Assembly: GCA_973895155.1 (NCBI GenBank)
Contig: OZ316895.1
Span: 13,822,225-13,886,224 of the forward strand
From: Marsupella aquatica
Taxonomy: Eukaryota; Plantae; Marchantiophyta
Direction of reading: 5' to 3'
DNA: 64,000 nucleotides
Both the position numbers and the translations under genes were made by a program. The notes under the pieces are model-generated. The model was not told the DNA's origin. It worked only from the letters and a program-made list of their open reading frames with translations, and did no database searches. Positions 39,161 to 51,062 of this stretch are shown here, one piece after another (within the stretch, counting starts at the first letter, position 1; each line of letters begins with the position of its first letter).

Positions 39161-40348
39161 ACGCCGTTCTTTGAAGTAGGACTATTGTGTGAAATGTTAC
39201 GGGGGAAAAACAATCAAAGGAGAGCTTCTGTCGAGGAAAATTGGTTTATCGAGAGACAAATCCTGTAGAGAGGCGTGTTTCTGGATATGCAACACGAAAT
39301 TGAAAATTACACCAAGTCCATGCCATTTGTTTAGTGAAACTCCCAAAAAATCTAGACACAAATGCATTGTCCGGTGGAAGGTGCTTGTCTTGTTAAACTC
39401 CACGGAAAATGGAATGAAGCTTTCTAACACTGCTGTAAAGAATACAAACACCCAAAACAGTGCATGCCAAACAGCCTGATTTGGAAAAGGATATTTACTA
39501 GTTTCGTTACTGAGAAAAACATCTGACCCAAGATTGATAACTGCCGGTACAACCACCATGAAAGTGGCTTTGTACAAAACTAGTTCTCTTTGATGTAGGA
39601 ATCGTCGGCTCCCCTTCTCAAGCTTGAGCAACCAGTTACGTATGATTCTTCGTGTATAGCTTTAAAAACTGTGCAACATGCATACGATGTACCAACAACA
39701 GACTAAAAATTCTGGCTTTCGGTGCGTGCTTTTAGAATTTGTGCATGAATGACCTCAAAGGAGTAGACCAGACCAGCCAAGTTTTCTAGAATTCGAAGAA
39801 CTGGTTAACGAGGGGAAGAATTGACTATTGCCACTAAACCAAACTTTGGAAGGCAAGCATAATATTAATGTATAGATATAGATGACGTTATACAGCAGGA
39901 AAGGTAAGAATGAACGACTCGAACCAAGCTGTTAAACTCAACACACGAGATTCCTCTAGCTACCTAAAGCTTGGGCGACTGGGCGTCATGTTACATTCCA
40001 TAGTGCACAAGCTTTCAGTTGAGATCCAAGACTCGCGACAGGTCGACAATGAAGCCATTTGATTGTAAGGGTCCATGCTGATTGCTTAGTCCAGCAAAGG
40101 TGTCAATGCTGATATGGGTTGAGCAGTATGATTCCTTTTATGCGAAATGGGGGACTTGAATAATCTGTCCACTTACCTCTGACCCTGCGACTCAAGCCAG
40201 AACTGTCGGCAGCAACATCACTTACTAACGACATTAGAACACCCTTTCTAACTATATCGTTACACAAAACCTAACGCTGTTCTTGGCTTTCTCATTGCTG
40301 AACAAGACCGGCAAAACTGGCGAGATTGGACGACAGCTTTCAAAATAA

Positions 40349-41749
40349 TCACCTTATGAAGGTAATATTTTCACCTTCTTCCCAATCCGAGTCATCTCCG
40401 TCATCCTTGGATCGTGAAAAGGATCTGATGGATTTGTCCTCTTCTACCTCTTCTACCTCTTCTCCATCATCTTCATTATCGTCCAGTTGGTCACTATCCA
40501 AATCTTCTTCTTCACCATCGATTAAACCTTGCCCCTCCTTTAGCTGTCTTTCTTTCTTCAGTTTGTCCAAGATTCCGATAACCTGACAAAAGTATCAAAC
40601 CAAAATTAGATGCTGAAAGCATGGTCGACACAGAGTTCCAAGAAAGAAAATTCTCACTGTTTCCCACCCCTGCAGTCACTGCTAACCTAATTTTACACCC
40701 CTCGTGAGTCCCCTGGTATTTTTGAGACGAAACGGCCCTATAATTCTCAGCAGGCTGACCGGAAGGAAACCGCATTCGAATTAGAATAGACATCCCAGAC
40801 ACCGCAGTTCTGTTCATGCTCTAAGCGGTTTTACTCGACCAAGGTTTCAAGTAACATGAATAGATCAGGTTGCAATTGTATGCATTTCCTTACCCTGCTT
40901 CCCCTCTCCAGGGACTCATCTTTGATAAAGCGGACCTCGGGAGTGTTCTTCAAATTCATGCGCTTAGCAAGCCCTTTCCTCACATACCCGGCTTTGTTTT
41001 TCAGAGCCTCCAGTGCTTTCTCTTGACCTCGCTCGTCCCCGTAAATCGAAATGTACACCTTGGCAACCTGCAAGCCCATCCATGGTCCGAATAAGTAACA
41101 GCAGCAGCAGCGGGTTAAGCAATGTCGCTAACATAATGCAGACCACAAGGGCAGAAATCCCGGGCAAATTCTGCTCTCCCTGAACCAAACCAGGGAACGA
41201 CTTATTTTAGCCGACCTGGCTATGGTGGTCTCAGATTCCGACCCATTATTCATCTCCATTTTAATTCCACACAAGTGCCAGCCAGAGAATACTTACAGAC
41301 AAATCTTTTGACATTTCCACATCGCTAATGGTGGCAACTGCTGTGAGATACATGTCTGCGCCGAGTGCAGTCTCAGGAAGGACGGCTGCTTGCACCACCT
41401 TGTCGTAAAGCAGCATCTCCGAGATCTCCCTTTTGATTTGCTGAGAAACCATCTTCACTCGTCTCTCGTTCGCCATACAAACGACCTTCACTCCTCGACT
41501 TCCGCCAACAGCCCTCTCCGAGGAAAACGAACATGGCTCCAAATCCGTCCCACCGCTGCTGCTCCAAACCTTTCTAGCGGCTCCACCGCTCAAAAATGGT
41601 GAGGGAGCGAGGACTGCCGCTGCACTTGAGCAGCGAGCTCCGGACAACCTGTCATTCGCTGATGCTGCTAGACATTGCTGCGCAGCAAGCTGTGAAGCTT
41701 GCGGCAGGTGTAGACGGGCTTGCAGAACTCGCAGCACCGCGGTCTGCAT
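40349..41749 (-). CDS. rbfA: Plastid ribosome-binding factor A (RbfA/RBF1); 3 exons
   Basis: Exons 41749-41297, 41067-40894 and 40582-40349. Transit peptide followed by VCMANERRVKMVSQQIKREISEML, ATISDVEMSKDLSVAKVYISI and TPEVRFIKDESLERGSRVIGILDKL, with an acidic C-terminal tail. Confidence 0.95.
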
Positions 41750-42265
41750 CTCTACAATTCCACCAATCCGCTCGAGAAAATCGAAGTAGAGCTGGTGCTG
41801 ATCCGGACCCAACTGGTGGGCAATCAATTGGCAACAAGAGCTGAGCTCTACTCCTCTTCTCTCGTCTTCTTCATTTCCTTCCCAATAATAATAATGGATA
41901 ATGTGGGGATCTACTTTTACTACCGTACTGCCATCTGGGTTCGCGCAATAAATAACAATTGTTTAAATTTTGAGCCTGACTAAGAGAATGTTTTGGGGGC
42001 CTATGAAGTATGAACCCTACACTCGTGTAAACACTTTCTATACATTGTTTTTAAGACGAGCCTGAATCCCTATTCTTTGAATTTTTTGTTTTGTTTAAGT
42101 TTTTTTTTTCAATGCATCATTTCCTTCAGATGATATACAGAATGCCCATCATAGGGAAAACTGTGATGAAGACAATGTATAAAAACTTACAGACTGAATG
42201 AATAGGCTTAGGTGTGAACTTGCAAAATCTCACCTAAATATCTATTAACTTGTCTGTCTTTTAAG

Positions 42266-42318
42266 CTTAGCAGATAGTCTGCATGCTGCTTAAAAGACCA
42301 TGCAGACTATCTGCTAAG
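42266..42318. repeat. Perfect 20 bp inverted repeat with a 13 nt loop
   Basis: cttagcagatagtctgcatg (42266-42285) and catgcagactatctgctaag (42299-42318). Confidence 0.95.
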
Positions 42319-45300
42319 GTGTCAAAGACTGGCGCTCTTAAGTCTTGTCTGTCTTTGAAGGAGTCAGCTTGACCATGCAGACTACCCATCCTACGGGCGG
42401 CAATGAGACCAACCTTTTGCATCCTTTTAGTGTTAATAGAAATGATAACAAATAACATATGATCATCACCTTGACATAGATAAAATACACATCATTTGGG
42501 TAGGGCTCAAATCGCGGTCTAGGTGCTTCACTCTTGAAACCTAGACTCCAACTAGCTTCTCATCACAATTAGTTAGAGAGATTCCAAAACGAAACATCTT
42601 GCCTTATTTACTAGAATGAAAACAATCAATGTTTTGCGTAGGTCATGCATGAACCCGGATAATAATCTGGTGTAGGAGCAACCCTGCGATGTCCCTCTCA
42701 TCTTGTTACTGGTGGTGCAACTGTTCTGATGATGTGTAGGGTTATCTAAGCACTATATTATGTAATCCTACTGTTTAGTGCTCATGAATTGGTCTGTTTA
42801 CAACATGTAATTCTGGCTTGAAGCCTCCCTTGGCGGTTGGATTATGGTTATATTTTTTCCTAACCATGAGATGGACCTAGAGGTTTCACTGTGCACCTTT
42901 TCCATGCGCCGTCACTCCCCTCGCAGCTCGCAAACTTATGCTTGACAACACCTCCACTCAACATCTATAACTATCAAGAATAGTTTCCAATGCACTGGCA
43001 TTGGGCTAGTTTCCAGGAAGGGTGGCCCATACTAAACATCAAGGATGGACCATACCATTATAATTATCAAAGGTGTTTTGCGTGTTTGGGGTCTTGGACT
43101 CACAAGTCTGTGGATTTATAAGGACCGAGTGTACCAATGTTATGGAGACATCTAAACTTATATCTAGTTGCCTCTCTCCAGATATTTGGTTGTTGAGATA
43201 TCCCAACATCAAGATGGATGGATTGCATCCACTCCATGCCTTGGTTGCATTTGTTCTCTTACACCACATATGTGCCCTAAAAATATGTGAAGAATTTGGC
43301 TGTGTTGAATTGGCATGGCGACAACACTAAGAAAACTCCATCATAAACCTAATCAAGAGTTGTAGTTGGCTGTTTGAATTGGGAACATGCTTTTGCTGTC
43401 AACAGACCCTTTATTCAACCCTTATTCAACCCTTTGCTTTCCCTTGACAGCCAGTTTTATCCAAGGTTTCATGTCCCCATGAGATCCATTCCATAGTAAT
43501 GCTACCAACTCTCCTATATGTGATGTTAATCTATTGCCAGAATAGTCCTTAGTCCAATACTCCAGACCAAAAAGTCACTTCCACTTAACAACTAAGAGTG
43601 AGGGCTCTAGAAACAATAGTTCCTTCCTTCTGTTTGCAGGGAAATACTGGGTGACCCAGAGAAACAAAGGGTGCCATGGTTATCAATTTCCTAACTTTCA
43701 TTTTCCTTAACAATCCAAATTAGAAAGCTGGTATCATAACTTGAAATAAATATACAATCAAAAGAGATAATATAGGAATCATATCTTTCCTAACAAACCC
43801 CGGCAGTTGGATTCCTCTACCCAATTTCTATGACCATGGAATTTTCAAAAAGCCTCTCTGGGTCCCTCTATGAGCCCTGCTGCTTGCCTCCCGGCTCCAA
43901 GGATTGGCCCCGATTGTTTACCCTCCCCATCCATTCGAGCCGTTTGACCCTAGCGGGTTCAGGAACAAGCAACATCCAACCACCATCCTTGTTTGCATAG
44001 ATGGCTCCCCTGTGCATAGTCCCAGGCTCACCTTCTGCTTCAGCAACATTTTCCACAATGGAGACACGATCACAACAACAAAATTGGTGCATCAACAAAT
44101 GGGCTGGTCCCAATATATATGATACACAAGTTCCTTCTTACTGAACCCCATGCGAAGTGCCTTCCAAAATCCCTGGAAGCATGTGCATCCACATCAACAC
44201 TATTGGTCGGAAACAACACTAAAGGTTCATTGTGCAAGTGTTTGAGGCAAGGAAAAAAAATAGCTAGAATTTATAATTGTAAAAACAACAGAAAACTGAA
44301 AATAACATGTCAAATAAACAAAAAAGGGGTAAAACGGGGGTTATAGAAAATAACCTTTGGATGTGTTGTGATTGATATTTCAGAGTTTTTTCCAATAATT
44401 GCATGAGTTGTCTATCTAATTTTTCTTAAAAATTAGATTTCAAATTCTTTTGACAATTTTTTGAAATAACCATGATTGGGTACAAAGGAACTCTTCTTCT
44501 ACTGTAACATTTAAAAAGGTAACTTGAGAAACCTTTTGATTGCTATGGATAGAGGAATTAGAACATAAGAAACACTTCAACTACTATGGATAGAAACTCT
44601 TTGGCTGCTAAAACATTTTGCATGGATGATATGATTGGAATGTTACATGGACTATATGGAAGTAGGAGCACCAAGTAAAGCCGTGCACGGACTACTACCA
44701 TGAATGATCTACTCTTTTTTCCCTCTCATCTCCATATTCAAACCTACTCCAATATACAATTCTTCATGTGCTCCAACTTGTTGAACAACGTCAAACTTGC
44801 ATAAGGTCCAAGGGGTCCTCAAACTAATTCACCCTACTTTGCTGGGACTAAACTAGGCTCTACAAGAACTCGGGCACAAATCATCACCCTTCACCCATTG
44901 CATAGGCTAAACCTAAACTCTCTAAGCCAAAATGTGCTAGGTCTACAAGATATGCTTGCAAAATCATCAGTTGAAATGCACCATATCGTTTTAAAAACAT
45001 GCCCACATCAGCAAAAAGTGAAGATCTACAAGGGACCCACTATTTGGTGACTCAGATAGGTACTGCTTTTGCCATGTTGTGCCCCAAGTTCATATAAACT
45101 GAACTCTCCCATATTTACACATTTGAATGGCTAAGATTGCGCCCAGAGAGGCATGGATATGGGGTAGCTCACTTGAGTTGAGACTCATAGGTCTAGATTT
45201 TAAATATTGTGACTCACTATTCCCTTTCCGTAGGGTTTCACAGATACCCCTTAAATAAAAAAAATAAAAACAGAACCTGCCTCCTAGGTTCTAACAAACA

Positions 45301-45393
45301 ATGAAAATAAAATGGAGAACCCTCGTCACAACCCCCCCACCCCCAGGCAGGCGTTATCAAGAAGTCTCTCGGCCTCCCCGTAATACAGTTTTA

Positions 45394-45639
45394 CACTGTC
45401 AGAATACTTCGCCGCCTTCCCCGTAAGCAGTTGCGTAAGCAACCTGGCGCTCGGACTGACGGCCGTCAGACCGGTTCTCGCGTGCTGCGTGCAGCAACGA
45501 TACCGTCGGTTCGGACGGGCCTCTAGGAACGGCCGAACGGACTGCGGACTGCCCACAGTCGGGGTACCGTAGGAGGAGGCCGACGGAGTAGGACTGTGGT
45601 CGGCCCGACGGCCGTTCGCGAAAGGTTCTCTCCGTAGTG
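45394..45639. mobile_element. Putative non-autonomous CACTA-like element or terminal remnant (about 246 bp)
   Basis: The right end read on the - strand is CACTACGGAGAGAA and the left end is CACTGTCAGAA. The interior is packed with GC-rich (C)GACGG/ACGGCCG motifs in both orientations, like CACTA subterminal repeats. No matching 3-bp target-site duplication. Confidence 0.5.
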
Positions 45640-46516
45640 GAGTGGACAGATCATTTGGAGCGTCGAACATCGTAACGAGGCCCGAAGTTTGTTCTTTCTA
45701 GTTCTCGTTGTCGTCTGTCTTCGAATGCTTGCGCCAGCAAAAGTGCAGAGTCCGGTACTGCGCCAGAGATCCCTCAATCGTCACCAGCAATCGCGTCGCG
45801 GAAGGTTGGAGAAGAGGAAGAGGAGAGGAAGAGGGAGGCTAAGGCTTTGGTGGTGAATTGGGCACCAGCTTTTTCAGTGGAGTTGATCGATCAGTTTACT
45901 CCAGGAGTCGTTCTTCTCGGCGTGGTTTGTGCAACGAAACGAAGAGGGTTGAGCCGTCTAGGAGGGGCTTCTGCTGATTCGGATTGCTGCGAGCGAACGG
46001 AGGGAGGGGAGGGCAGGGAAGGGGAGCGGAGACCGCGGTTGGAATAATATCTTCTTGACAGGTTTTGAGATAGTGGAAAAGTGGTGAAGGTATTTTCCTG
46101 TTTTGGTAGGGTGGTGACCACGACGGGAGGGAGGGAAGGTGGAAGGGATGTGGAAGGCAAGGGTGGCAGCTGCGGGTGTTGAATCCTTGGGATAAGCATT
46201 TTCGCCGTCATCCGTTCGTTGCGCTCCGACGTCTGCCGCTTTCTACGGTTGGGGCTTGATTGACACTCAGGCGGCCCGATTAGGTGAGCGAGCACCGAGT
46301 GCGATTGCGCATTCCATCCTCTTAAGTTTAAAATATCGTTTCTTTGCCGTGGTTTTTGGTTTTATGTCGCAAACCTCCCCTCACGTCACGGCACTCCATC
46401 AGCCTCGATGCTGTACTACACTGGCATTGGTAAAGTTTTTTTGGGTGATGTTGGATAGCTTTGTGACTTGTCTCTCGAAGCTTACTTCTTGTCTACCAGT
46501 TTGACGACGGGCTCTT

Positions 46517-46546
46517 TCTGTTTCTGTTTCTGTTTCTGTTTCTGTG
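46517..46546. repeat. (TTCTGT)n microsatellite, probably in the 5'UTR intron of the KH gene
   Basis: Hexamer run is directly visible. Confidence 0.85.
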
Positions 46547-47215
46547 TCTGTGCTTGTTTCCTCTCGCCTCAGTTTTCTCTTCCAACTCTTGTTGTTCGTG
46601 CATGTTATTTGATCAAGGAGAGCTCGGGCGGGGTGGTCAACTTTGTTGGCTTTTAATAGAGCTTCTGATATGTTTTGTCCAAGTTACTCACCAACCTTCG
46701 TCTCTTTTGATTCACATCATTATGCGAGCTCTCCTGCAATACATTTCTCAGAAAAGACCTTTCACTCAGTCTCAGTCGCTTTCCATTCGTTCATTTTTTT
46801 TATTGGAGTGGGAGTAGAATGGATCACATTCTACAGAACAGTTATTCTCTGGGCCTAGTATTTTGTAGTAGTTACCTTTCTGATTGTAGTACCGTAATAC
46901 TTCTGCCTGTTAGCCGTTGTTTCACACTCAAGATTTTAGGACACAGGAAAGTGCGTTCAACTTTCAGATTGTAAGGGATACGGAGTCATGATGTGGAGGA
47001 GTACTTGGGAAGACCGGATAGTCTAGAAGAAAGTTCCAGCTCTCTAAAAGGCAGTCTGTCTTTATCTTCTCCAACCAGGTTTCCAGAAGTATTGGGGCGG
47101 TGAGATGACTTGTAGCTCCATTGAATTCTAGGAGTGGAGCCCGACATCGACACAAGCAGGACCGAAAGATCGAGCGAGCGAATTTGAGAGAAAAGGTATC
47201 AATAAATCTTTATCA

Positions 47216-50200
47216 ATGGCCGAACTCGATGATGACAGAGATGAGGAATGGTTTAAGGAGGTCTATGGAAGGGAGTATACGGGCCCACCTAAGCCTCCCC
47301 GTACAGACAATCCACAAGATGACTCAGGCAAGGTGAAAAAGCGACCTGGCGCTGCAGCTGTTGCTAGTGCAGGTGATGGATCAGATGAAGAGGATGAGCC
47401 TCGTGATCCCAATGCTGTGCCCACTGACTTCACCAGTAGAGAAGCCAAAGTATGGGAGGCCAAGGCCAAGGCCGTAGAAAGAAATTGGAAGCGCAGGAAG
47501 GAAGAGGAGCTCACTTGTCGTATCTGTGGCGAGGTTGGCCATTTTGCCCAGGTATGTGCATGCTTCAGGTAACTCTCCAGGTCTTGTGCACCTTTTGCCC
47601 GCCAATTCGTTAGGAACGGACGATAGTGGTATGATCTCTATTCGAAGAGGCACGACCTGCGAAAGTGGAAAATAGAAATAGTAGAAAATTTAAAATTACA
47701 AGAGGAAAGTTCTTTGAACCTTGAGAATTCCGATGGAGTTTTCTCGAGAGGCACGGCTGTTTTCGGATCCTTTCCTACAGGCAGGGTTTGGCAAGGTGGA
47801 TCTTGAATGCAAGGATCGATCTTGTTTCTGAAAAGGTCGACGGGCATTGTAAACGAGGATACATGCGAAACACGCAGGAAATTTATTTTCTTGCCAGGAT
47901 TTAGGTTGGGGTGACAAGATAATTTGCAATGAAAACTATCATACACTATTGACAAACCTCTCATCCCACCTTCCTCACGAGTTCTCGTTCCCGGTTAATC
48001 CCGTCGCGGTTCCAGAAGTCCTGGTACAGTAGATACGTGGTGGAAGAGTCGAGGTATTTGAAAGTTTCTCTATGATTCTGTTGATGGGAAGTCTCATCCT
48101 GATCAGTCAAGGTAATCACTATTTAATGGGATGATCCGGAACGTTACTGGTGTGGACTTCATGGTGGAAGTTTAGCCAATTACCCCATCCTTAATGACAA
48201 GCTCTTGTCTCTTTTTGGAAAGATTAGATCTCTTTCCTTTCCTGTTTGGAAAAGGCGAAGACAATGGTCATGGAATGGCCACTGTATTAACTGGTTCAAC
48301 ACCCACATGGTTCATCAGATGCAAGGGAGTTTTCATTGTTTCTCTTATGCTGTTTGCTTGACATTATCTAAAATTATTTCTTAGGTGAGAGGAATTAGTT
48401 TACTGTTTGTGGGTCTGGTTGATGTGGGCAGACCGAAGGCTGATCCTATTATACTGAGAGGAGTTGTAGGAGACCTGCTTTGAGTTGGTCAGGTTAGGGA
48501 GAGAAGGGCTTTCTGGTCAGGTCCGGCAAGGTTGAAGGTTGAAAAGATCTGTCTGGAATCTTTGTTGCGACTAGTTTGCTCCATAGTGTCTGAACTTGGT
48601 TGTGAAGATGTGGAGTGTCTTTCAAGGAAGTTCGATGCCCGAAAGGTTCTGCTTTCAGATCTTACTGACCTTTTGTTTCCAAATTTTGCAGGGTTGTCCA
48701 ACTACGCTGGGTGGCAACCGTAAGCAAGGGGAAGTGATTGAGAGGATTCCCTTAAGGGATAAGAGATTAAAACCTCGAATTATTGGTACAGGGGGTGCTG
48801 TGATACAAGGCATTGAAAAGGAGACTGGTTGTCGTCTCAAGCTCGAGGACAATCTTAGTGCAGGATCGGGTGCTTTCTTCGTACGAATTTCAGGTCCTGA
48901 TAGGATTGCTATCGGTAAAGCCGTGGACGTAGTAAATAAATTGGTCGAGCAAGTTGAAGACGAGTGGAAACAGTCCTCGATGAGGAGACCGCATAGTGGA
49001 GGTGGCCCCGGTGGAAACGATGGGGGTCGGGGGATTGGTGGTGGCGGTGATCGTGGTGGGCATGATCGTCGTGGTGGTGGCGGTGGAGACTCGTACAGGG
49101 GATCCAACGTGAATCCCTTGATTGCTGCTCAAATGCAGCACATAGCTGTACAAAGACTCCAACATTCTGCTCCAAATATGGGGCCGTTAGGTCGAGGGGA
49201 GGGACCCCCTCAACCCCTAGACGAAGACAAGCGCACCATTGAGCACATTGCATCGCAGTTGGAAGCCCGGCGGCAGTGGGAAGCTGTGTCGGGTTCTTCT
49301 CAAACCCTTAATGGTTCTGGCGCTTCGCCTCCATTTTCATATAAAGAGGGTGAGAACCATGTCATGTCCTTCCATGATAATTCTATTTTGTCTGTGGTCC
49401 CGAACTCCTTTGATATGTTGGAGTGCAGTGGAACTCGCTTCGATAGATAAACAGCCTTAAGTTTTACTTTCTGTAGTATATAATCCTCGATAATGAGACA
49501 AATGCCAATGTGAGGTACGTGCCCTCTACACCTTTGTCACAATGCTTGCAACCTCGAGGTATATTTGATCGTCTCTGCTGCCCACATGTGCTGAAGATCA
49601 ATCAAGTGTCTCGCCAAGAACACTGATGATCACCGGTTGAGAACTGATGTAATGCTGAAGAGTTGAGAATTCCTCTTGGATCTGAAAGAATCAACTTTTT
49701 AGGTCTTGTGGTATGAGGTTGTTGCTAGCCCACCGCAGACAGACTGGGTCGTTCATATTAAGTGCACGTTCTAAGGATTCGGACAACGGACTAAGAAGGA
49801 ACTTCCTTTTGCGCTACTATTTTGAAGGCCGTGGTGCTTCTGGAGCTGGGAGCTTGTCATCATACAGTGGGAAAGGGTCTGGATCTGAAGGAGGTTACTA
49901 TCATGGTGGAAATCAGGACAGTGGACCTTACCAAAGCCAGAGTGGAGGTGGTAGTCTACCAGAGCTTGAACAAGACCTGGATTTGGGGTATGACGAGAAA
50001 CCATTAGCCCAGACCCTGGATGAACTGGAGAATCGATTTCTACAGGAGACGATTGAGCTCACAAAAGATCAAAATGCAGAGGAGGATAAGGAAAATGCAA
50101 AACATCGCGAGGTTTGCACAGTCCTCTTTATCTCACTTGTATTCTCTGACGTGTTACGAGAATTAGAATGTGTTGTTTGGATAGCATCCATAGCACGAAT

Positions 50201-51062
50201 TCGTTTTCTGTTCGTAGTTAGTCTGGTCCGTCGATGGCAGCAAGATCCGTGTTATTTGGTAGATATGTTTCATGGAATTGGTCACGATGGCAGCAGGGTT
50301 CCGGCTTTTTCATCCCGGATAACCCTGATAGTGATCCTAGAGCTTCGCTAGTTTGGAGTGGTTTGGTCTTTAAGAAATTTTCCACCTCTCCTCTTGCCTC
50401 CGATTCAAAACTCCTTAGGATAGTAGGGGTTTCGGAGGAAAGCATGCCTTGTAGGTTCTTTTCATGTCATGTTTCCACCAGATCTAATTGAGGAGTAGCC
50501 TCACTATCCATGCCCGCATTTGGGAACCAAGGCCTAAATTTCCCCTCGTCGGCTCTTTCATCATCTTCATGTAACATGTTATGACAAAATTTGTGCTGGC
50601 ATTTAAGTAATCTTGTCTGGTGTGCAGCGCATGAAAGAAATTCAGGAACAATATCAGCAGAAAATGACTATCCTAAGGTCCAAGCACGCGAAGCAACGGG
50701 AAGAGTTTTTGCGGCACGAATCTCAAATTCGGCAACATCAGTACCAGCAACATGCAGGGTATGGGATGTATCAGTACGGTGGGGGCAATGGTCCCCCGTC
50801 GTCTCGTGGGGGGCCTTATAATGGTAGTGGTTATGATCGTGGTGCCCACTCTGCTTCTCCAGAGAACTTACAAGGACATGGACACGGTCACTTGGGGGTT
50901 TATGATTCATACAAAGACGGAGGTCCATTGTATAGCAACAATCTGTCCCATTCATACAGTAGGAAACAAGGTTACGAGTCAAGCAAGAATTATGGGAACC
51001 AAGGATATGACTCGGCTCCGTATGCATATGGAAATTCGCCGAGTTATTCAACATATGGATAA
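47216..51062 (+). CDS. CCHC zinc-knuckle + KH-domain RNA-binding protein, At3g62330-like; 4 coding exons
   Basis: Exons 47216-47551, 48692-49349, 49828-50111 and 50628-51062. Motifs DPNAVPTDFTSREAKVWEAK, the zinc knuckle CRICGEVGHFAQGC, the KH GxxG loop IIGTGGAVIQGIEKETGC, an RGG-rich linker and a C-terminal coiled coil (QTLDELE...EEDKENAKHRE). Confidence 0.92.

Noticed and set aside
18447-41749. GlmM-like gene near rbfA, echoing the E. coli glmM / infB-rbfA neighbourhood
   Set aside because: The genes are intron-containing, on opposite strands, 15 kb apart and separated by eIF4B, and the mutase belongs to a plant PMM/PGM-like clade. An operon relic is implausible.
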